From Polyangiales bacterium (GTDB lineage: Bacteria; Myxococcota_A; Polyangia; Polyangiales; Polyangiaceae): a stretch of DNA of 11,359 bases. Where the stretch lies: contig JBBRNJ010000138.1 in NCBI GenBank assembly GCA_038230375.1, positions 1 to 11,359 on the forward strand. The letters run 5' to 3'. The notes beneath the pieces are model-generated. The model saw only the letters and a list, made by a program, of their open reading frames with translations, was not told the origin of the DNA and searched no databases. The translations under genes were made by a program, and so were the position numbers. Shown here in pieces: positions 5,763 through 11,359 of the stretch; within the stretch, counting starts at the first letter, position 1; every line of letters begins with the position of its first letter.

Positions 5763-8195
5763 ATGGGCAAGACACTCGTCGTTGTAGAGTCTCCGGCCAA
5801 AGCCAAGACCATCAAGAAGTACCTGGGCTCTGGCTACGAGGTCATGGCGTCGAAGGGTCACATCAAGGACCTGCCCAAGAAGATGGGCATCGACATCAAC
5901 AACGGCTTCACCGAGACCTACGAGATCGTCGCGGGCAAGGAGAAGGTCCTCGCGGAGCTGAAGGGCGCCGCAGAGCTCGCCGATGACGTGCTGCTCGCGA
6001 CCGACCCCGATCGCGAAGGCGAAGCGATCGCGTGGCACCTGGCCGAGGAGCTCACCAAGTCCGTCAGCAAGGCGAAGCGGGTCGAGTTCCACGAGATCAC
6101 GAAGAACGGCGTGCTGAAGGGCGTGGCCTCTCCACGAGCCCTGAACAAGAACTTGTATGATGCACAGAGAGCGCGGCGTGTCCTCGACAGGATCGTCGGC
6201 TACGACGTGTCGAAGCTCGTGTGGACCAAGCTTGCGTTCGGTCTCTCGGCGGGTCGCGTGCAGAGCGTCGCGCTGCGGCTCATCGTCGATCGTGAGCGCG
6301 AGATCGAGGCGTTCAAGCCGGAAGAGTACTGGAACATGGGCGTGCAGCTCGTGCCCAGCGGCGGCAAGAAGCGCTCGCCGTTCCATGCGCGGCTCTCGTC
6401 GCTCGGCGACAAGAAGCTCGAGGTCAAGGACGGCAAGCTCGCGGGAGAGGTGAAGGATGACCTCACCACCGCAGACTTCAAGATCGCGAAGATCACGACC
6501 GCCGATCGCAAGCGCAAGGCGCCCAGCCCGTACACCACGAGCAAGCTCCAGCAAGACGCCGTGAACCGCCTCAGCTTCGGCGCCAAACGCACGATGCAGG
6601 TGGCGCAGGGTCTCTACGAAGGCGTGGACCTGGGCAAGGAGCTCGGCACTGTCGGTCTCATCACGTACATGCGTACGGACTCCATGCGCATCGCCCCCGA
6701 GGCGCAGGCGAATGCCATCGAGTACATCGAGAAGAAGTGGGGGAAGACCTACCTCCCCGCGACGCCGAACGTCTTCAAGGCGAAGAAGAACTCGCAGGAC
6801 GCCCACGAGGCCATCCGCCCCACGTCCATGGACTTCCCGCCGGACGTGGTTCGCGTGCACCTCAAGGACGAGCAGTACAAGCTCTACAAGATGATCTGGG
6901 ATCGCTTCCTGGCGAGCCAGATGAAGGAAGCGCTCTTCGACCAGACGTCGGTCGACATCGAAGCCACCTCCAAGAACAAGAAGGTCTACGGCCTGCGCAC
7001 GAGCGGCCGCGTCCTCAAGTTCGCCGGCTGGCTCGAGGCGTACGGCGTTGGCGTGAAGAGCACGGAGCTCGCGGGCGAAGAGAAGCCCGAAGGCGACGAG
7101 CCCGCGAAGGAGGGCAAGCCCGAAGGTGACGACGGCGAGGCCACGCTGCCGGAGCTCACGCAGGGTGAGGCCCTGATCGTGTCCGCCCCGCCGGGCGTGA
7201 TCGCGGAGCAGAAGTTCACGCAGCCGCCGCCGCGCTACAACGAAGGCTCGCTCGTGAAGGAGCTCGAGGAGCGCGGCATCGGCCGCCCGAGCACGTACGC
7301 CGAGATCATCAGCAAGGTGCAGGCGCGCGACTACGTCGAGAAGATGGAGGCGCGGTTCAAGCCGACGCAGCTCGGCAAGTTCGTCGTCGACGGGCTCGTG
7401 AAGAGCAATCTGGATTTCATGGATCCGACGTTCACGTCGAGCATGGAGCTGGAGCTCGACGGCGTGGAGGCCGGCACGGAAGAGCGCGTGGTCTTGCTGT
7501 CGCGCTTCTACAAGAAGTTCCAGGAGCAGCTTGCGGGCGGCCAGAAGGGCGCCCGTTGGAACCCTGAGCCGGAGCACACCGGCGAGTTCTGCGAGATCTG
7601 CGGCCCCGTAGGCACGTCGGAGGACGCCAAGCTCCGCGCGCTGCCCAAGGGCGAGATGATGAAGCGCTGGAGCAAGAACGGCTACTTCATGGGCTGTTCG
7701 AACTACCCGAAGTGCAAGAACACGAAGGACCTCGGCGCCGACGGCCTGGGCTCCGCGCCCATGCGTGACGCTGGCGTCGCGTGCGACAAATGCGGCAAGC
7801 CCATGTGCATCCGCAGCGGTCGCTACGGCGAGTTCCTCTCCTGCACGGGCTACCCGGAGTGCAAGAACGCCCGGCCCGTGCCGCTCGGCGTCCCCTGCCC
7901 CAAGTGCAACGGCGATCTCATCGAGGTGCGCGCGAAGAAGCGCGGCGGCAAGACGTTCTACGGCTGCTCGAACTACGCGAACGAGACCATCAAGTGCGAC
8001 TTCAAGCTGTGGCAGAAGCCCATCTCGGAGCCTTGCCCCAAGTGCGCCGCGCAGTTCCTGACCATGGGCGGCACCAAGGCGAAGCCCATGATCGTCTGCG
8101 CAAACAAGGAATGCGGCTTCAAGAAGGAAGTCGAAGAGCCGGTCGATCCGGCCGAGCCAACCGACCCCGCGCAAGCCGCTCCCCCGCCGGCCTGA
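5763..8195 (+). CDS. topA: DNA topoisomerase I (type IA) with four C-terminal C4 zinc ribbons
   Basis: Motifs LVVVESPAKAKTI, ATDPDREGEAIAWH, SAGRVQS, catalytic LITYMRTDS, QDAHEAIRPT and GIGRPSTYA. Four Cys ribbons begin CEIC, CDKC, CPKC and CPKC. ATG 5763 is preferred to GTG 5745 because TopA normally starts just before LVxVES. Confidence 0.98.
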   Translation: MGKTLVVVESPAKAKTIKKYLGSGYEVMASKGHIKDLPKKMGIDINNGFTETYEIVAGKEKVLAELKGAAELADDVLLATDPDREGEAIAWHLAEELTKSVSKAKRVEFHEITKNGVLKGVASPRALNKNLYDAQRARRVLDRIVGYDVSKLVWTKLAFGLSAGRVQSVALRLIVDREREIEAFKPEEYWNMGVQLVPSGGKKRSPFHARLSSLGDKKLEVKDGKLAGEVKDDLTTADFKIAKITTADRKRKAPSPYTTSKLQQDAVNRLSFGAKRTMQVAQGLYEGVDLGKELGTVGLITYMRTDSMRIAPEAQANAIEYIEKKWGKTYLPATPNVFKAKKNSQDAHEAIRPTSMDFPPDVVRVHLKDEQYKLYKMIWDRFLASQMKEALFDQTSVDIEATSKNKKVYGLRTSGRVLKFAGWLEAYGVGVKSTELAGEEKPEGDEPAKEGKPEGDDGEATLPELTQGEALIVSAPPGVIAEQKFTQPPPRYNEGSLVKELEERGIGRPSTYAEIISKVQARDYVEKMEARFKPTQLGKFVVDGLVKSNLDFMDPTFTSSMELELDGVEAGTEERVVLLSRFYKKFQEQLAGGQKGARWNPEPEHTGEFCEICGPVGTSEDAKLRALPKGEMMKRWSKNGYFMGCSNYPKCKNTKDLGADGLGSAPMRDAGVACDKCGKPMCIRSGRYGEFLSCTGYPECKNARPVPLGVPCPKCNGDLIEVRAKKRGGKTFYGCSNYANETIKCDFKLWQKPISEPCPKCAAQFLTMGGTKAKPMIVCANKECGFKKEVEEPVDPAEPTDPAQAAPPPA

Positions 8196-8198
8196 GCA

Positions 8199-8855
8199 CT
8201 AGTTCTTGGTCGCAAGGGCCACGCCGTCACCGAGCGGGAGCACGGTGGCGGTGAAGTCCTTGTGCTTCATGAGCTTCGCGTTGAACGCGGCTAGCGCGGT
8301 GGCGCGCACGCGCTCCTTCTCCGGCATGTCTTGCTGACCGACCATGCCGCGCCAGAGCACGTTGTCCGCGACGATGAGCCCGCCCTTCGTGAGGGCTGGC
8401 GCGAGCAGGTCGAGATACGCGACGTAGTCTTCCTTCACGCAGTCGATGTAGGCGAAGTCGACCGGGTGCTCGCATCGCTTCTTCAGGTACGCGAGCGCGT
8501 CTTCCTGGTGAACGGTCACGCGCGCCGAGAGACCTGCTTCTTCGACGTAGCCGCGCGCGATCTTCACGATCTCGGGACGCAGCTCGACGGTGTCGACGTG
8601 CGCGGCTTCACCTGCGGCGCGCGCGAGCACGATCGCGCCATAGCCGATGTTCGCGCCCACCTCGACAAGCCGCGTGGGGCGCGTGGCGAGCACCAGGATG
8701 CGGAGCAGTGTGGCGACCTCCGGATCGCTGATCGGCTGGTTTTCCCGCTCGGCGTGGGCCTCCATCTTCGCGAGCAGCCCATCGCGCGGGGCGTCAAGCG
8801 ACCCGAGGTACTTCGCAACGTGGCCCTGGATGATCGCGTCGCTGTTGCCCTTCAA
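8199..8855 (-). CDS. Class I cation-dependent SAM O-methyltransferase (caffeoyl-CoA OMT / TrmR-like family)
   Basis: SAM motif VEVGANIGYG, acidic TVE, FAYIDCVK (DxxK) and GGLIVADNVLWRG metal ligands. TTG start preceded by GGGAG. Confidence 0.92.
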   Translation of the reverse strand: MKGNSDAIIQGHVAKYLGSLDAPRDGLLAKMEAHAERENQPISDPEVATLLRILVLATRPTRLVEVGANIGYGAIVLARAAGEAAHVDTVELRPEIVKIARGYVEEAGLSARVTVHQEDALAYLKKRCEHPVDFAYIDCVKEDYVAYLDLLAPALTKGGLIVADNVLWRGMVGQQDMPEKERVRATALAAFNAKLMKHKDFTATVLPLGDGVALATKN

Positions 8856-8898
8856 AGCCTTGCTCCCTTCGGTTGCACCAGCCCGTCGCCCGGCGCGT

Positions 8899-9438
8899 TC
8901 AGGGCTTCGGCTTGTCCTTGACCTCGACGATGTCGTCCTTCATGGGCGCGAGCAGCGCGAACAGATCGTTGCGCTCGCCTTCGCCGACGCCCTTCTCTTC
9001 GAGCGCCATCTTGAGGTCCTCGACGACGGCGGCGAACTGCGCCTCGGTGATCTTCATGCCCTTGTGGGCGTCCTTCATCACCTTGCCCGTGTACTTGCAC
9101 TCACCGCCGGTGGCCTCGCAGATCTGATCGACCATGGCGGCCTTGAAGTGCTCGAGCTTGGGGCCCGTGGTCTTCACGAAGAGCTTATTGATGCGCTTGT
9201 CCGCGGACACGTTCTTCACGAACGTGTCGACGACCGCCTTGATGCCGTCCTTGCCACCGAGGCGCTCGAACAGGGACTTCTGGACGGGGGCCGCCGGCGA
9301 AGCGTCCTCCACGGCACCAGCGTCCACGACCGTGGGCGTGGTCTCGACGGGCTTCGGCGGCTTCTTGCTTCCGCAGGCGACGAGCACGCCGAAGGTGGTG
9401 ACGACGAACAGGACGGCGAGCGGGTGACGGGTTTTCAT
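8899..9438 (-). CDS. Group I (N-type) truncated 2/2 haemoglobin with lipoprotein signal peptide
   Basis: SLFERLGG start of the globin domain, CD1 Phe (F87), EF loop GG.CKYTG and proximal His in MKDAHKGM (H125). The N-terminus has a basic n-region, a hydrophobic h-region and lipobox LVA-C22, then a Pro/Ala/Thr tether. GAGGA RBS upstream. Confidence 0.92.
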   Translation of the reverse strand: MKTRHPLAVLFVVTTFGVLVACGSKKPPKPVETTPTVVDAGAVEDASPAAPVQKSLFERLGGKDGIKAVVDTFVKNVSADKRINKLFVKTTGPKLEHFKAAMVDQICEATGGECKYTGKVMKDAHKGMKITEAQFAAVVEDLKMALEEKGVGEGERNDLFALLAPMKDDIVEVKDKPKP

Positions 9439-9643
9439 GGTGTCCTCAACCGCGGCACTTTATCGGCCAACCGGCCAAATGTCCCAACAAAAGGCGGGTC
9501 ACACGCGGACTCCACCGCGCCACACGCTTGGCCTTCCCACCACGTCAAGCGCGGCAGCCAGAGCGCCGGGGCGCGGCGAGATCGAAGAAAGTCTTGCAAG
9601 AAAATCGGCACGAGGCTCACTCTTCACCAATAATGCCTTCTGA

Positions 9644-11359
9644 GTGAGTCACTGCACCCTCACAATCGGCGGCGCTCTCATCGTGCGCTCGGACGGAGCA
9701 CCGGACGCGGAGTACGCGCTGTTCGATGCTTCCGACATCGAGCTGCGTGCGATTTCGCCGGGCAACATCCGCGAGCATTCGTACAAGACGACGGCTGACC
9801 GCGCGCGCGAGCGGCTGTCGGCCATGAGCTACACCGGCGATGCGGCCCAGGCATGCGCAGAGTCGATGCAACCGAAGCTGGCCCCCGCGTACGCGCGCGG
9901 CCATGCCGCCGAGCGCCTCACCACGAAGCTGTCCTCGCGCGAGGTCCTCGAGGGCTCGACGTACTCGGCGGACACCAAGGAGTACACGAGCATCTATATC
10001 GATCTCGTTGGGCTCGCGAGCGACCTTGGGCTCCCGCATGCCGGGACGTCGCTACAGATCGCGCATCTCGCCAACCTGCTCTCGGGGCTGCCTCCCGACA
10101 CAGAGGTGGAGCTCATCACGCACGAGCTGATGGCAAGCAAGCCGCAGGGCCAGCGCAGCCACAAGCGCGTTCTCGTCGACCCTGCGACGGATCTCCTCGC
10201 CAAGCTTCGCGACCTCGCGCAGATGCCGGCCGTGTCGCGCGCCGTACCGATGACGGAGGGGGAGCTCGGAGACATCCTGCGTGCGCGCGCCGCCTCGCTT
10301 CCGAACGAGGCTGATCGCGCCCGCTTCATCGAGCTCGCGGAGAACGCGGCCACGGCGAAGGCGCCCGAGAAGGGGCCGCTCGCGGACGCAGAGCTCTGGT
10401 CTATCGAGACCAAGCTGAATCAGAAGACGACGGACGGCGTGCAGGAGCAGCTCGACGCGTTCGAGAAGGTCAAGGGCCGTGTGCCCGGCACCACCTACTT
10501 GCGCGCACGGCTCGCGCTCGCGCTCGGCACCGAGCCGCCGCAGCGGATCGCGGAGAAGGTCTCCGCCCTTGCGCTCTCGATGACCTCCTTCAGCCACCTC
10601 GGGCTCCTCGCTGCCGAGGCGTGGATGGCTGCAGGCGACTACAAGCGCGCGCTTCCGTACGCGCGCGACCTCGTGGACGCAGGCAAGCTCGACGACGAGA
10701 CCCGCGGACGGGCGCGGGCGATCGTTGCTGCCGCGAAGCGACTCTCCATGCAGATGGCGGCGAGCGGCGAGGCGGCTTCGTCGTCCACCGCCGTGCAGGT
10801 TCCAGCCGCGACCGGCAGCGCGCCAGGCAGCAAAGAAGCGGCGTCGCAGGTGCCCACGCGGCGTGCGTCGGAGCAAGCAGCGGTCGCGGCGCAATCCGCG
10901 TCCTCCACCGCGCCGCTTCCGCCGCTACCTACATCCCCAGCGGTCTCGGCTCCACCGCTTCCCCCTCCCGTTTCGCCGCCGCTGCCGCCGCCTGCCCCGC
11001 TGCCGCCGCCGGCTCCGCTTCCCCCACCCGCTCCTCCGCCGGCTCCGCCCCCGCCCGCGCTGCCGCCCGCACCTCCACCTGCGCCGTCCTATTCACCTTC
11101 GGGTCCTGGTCCCATGCCCGCGCGGTCCAGCAGCACGTCCGCGAGCACGGTCCCGTCAACGGCCCGCGGCGCGGGTGCAGCGGGACCGCCGCCGCCTGTG
11201 ACGCTCACCCCGTCGAGCCCGCCGGCCCCGCCCGACTTCGAGGATTTCGCGTCACTGCGCGACGTGCCGGATCCGCCGTCTTCACCTTCACCGCTGCCGC
11301 CGGGTCCAGAGATGAAGCGCCCATCGATCGCGCCGGCGTCCGGCTCGAATCCGCCGCCG
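9644..11359 (+). CDS. Hypothetical protein (at least 572 codons, runs off the window end): globular N-terminal region, TPR-like helices, then Ala/Ser and polyproline low-complexity region
   Basis: I read this frame by hand. It is open from GTG 9644 (just after an in-frame TGA) to 11359: MSHCTLTIGGALIVRSDGAPDAEYALFDASDIELRAISPGNIREHSYKTT...GPLADAELWSIETKL...GTTYLRARLALALG...LGLLAAEAWMAAGDYKRALPYARDL...PLPPPAPLPPPA. Third positions are mostly G/C. It is absent from the ORF track, presumably because no stop lies in the window. The start codon is uncertain. Confidence 0.85.
   Translation, partial: MSHCTLTIGGALIVRSDGAPDAEYALFDASDIELRAISPGNIREHSYKTTADRARERLSAMSYTGDAAQACAESMQPKLAPAYARGHAAERLTTKLSSREVLEGSTYSADTKEYTSIYIDLVGLASDLGLPHAGTSLQIAHLANLLSGLPPDTEVELITHELMASKPQGQRSHKRVLVDPATDLLAKLRDLAQMPAVSRAVPMTEGELGDILRARAASLPNEADRARFIELAENAATAKAPEKGPLADAELWSIETKLNQKTTDGVQEQLDAFEKVKGRVPGTTYLRARLALALGTEPPQRIAEKVSALALSMTSFSHLGLLAAEAWMAAGDYKRALPYARDLVDAGKLDDETRGRARAIVAAAKRLSMQMAASGEAASSSTAVQVPAATGSAPGSKEAASQVPTRRASEQAAVAAQSASSTAPLPPLPTSPAVSAPPLPPPVSPPLPPPAPLPPPAPLPPPAPPPAPPPPALPPAPPPAPSYSPSGPGPMPARSSSTSASTVPSTARGAGAAGPPPPVTLTPSSPPAPPDFEDFASLRDVPDPPSSPSPLPPGPEMKRPSIAPASGSNPPP
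10979..11032 (+). repeat. Three tandem 18-nt coding repeats (PLPPPA x3) inside a longer polyproline tract (about 10910-11085)
   Basis: ccgctgccgccgcctgcc / ccgctgccgccgccggct / ccgcttcccccacccgct. The peptide is identical while synonymous codons differ. Confidence 0.85.

Noticed and set aside
5505..8174. 889-aa antisense ORF opposite topA
   Set aside because: Shadow ORF expected from strong GC3 codon bias in the sense gene. It has no recognisable motifs and lies almost entirely over an unambiguous topA.
9437..9646. 68-aa ORF ending in TGA directly in frame with the 9644 ORF, suggesting readthrough or selenocysteine
   Set aside because: The upstream part spans the divergent promoter region and lacks coding-like codon bias. 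I see no convincing SECIS or redox motif context.
10900..11100. C-rich repeats as a CRISPR array or non-coding satellite
   Set aside because: No repeat-spacer structure; the periodicity is a multiple of 3 and is explained by proline codons.
9617..11201. Several listed ORFs on both strands (e.g. 9617-10039 -, 9853-10314 +, 10052-10894 -, 10725-11201 +)
   Set aside because: Arg/Pro-rich alternative-frame or antisense products of the frame starting at 9644, which has the proper codon pattern.

Overview
GC-rich, densely coding bacterial chromosome segment. The protein families point to a myxobacterium (Myxococcota, probably Polyangiales-like); this is inferred from families only. On the + strand: the 3' end of tgt, an MshEN/T2SSE_N-REC-TPR hybrid regulator, a GltJ/AgmX-like membrane protein (zinc ribbon, GYF_2, Pro-rich, TM, TonB_C-like), an exported M48-like protein that appears to have lost its zinc site, then dprA and topA. 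On the - strand, convergent with topA: a lipoprotein group I truncated haemoglobin and a class I O-methyltransferase. A long + strand ORF missing from the ORF track starts at about 9644 and runs off the window end with a polyproline tract. I saw no mobile element, CRISPR array or RNA gene. The best candidate for an undescribed system is the three-gene MshEN-REC-TPR / GltJ-like / pseudo-M48 module between tgt and dprA-topA. The exported haemoglobin with an apolar distal pocket is the next most unusual item. All family calls come from motif recognition by eye, not from database searches.
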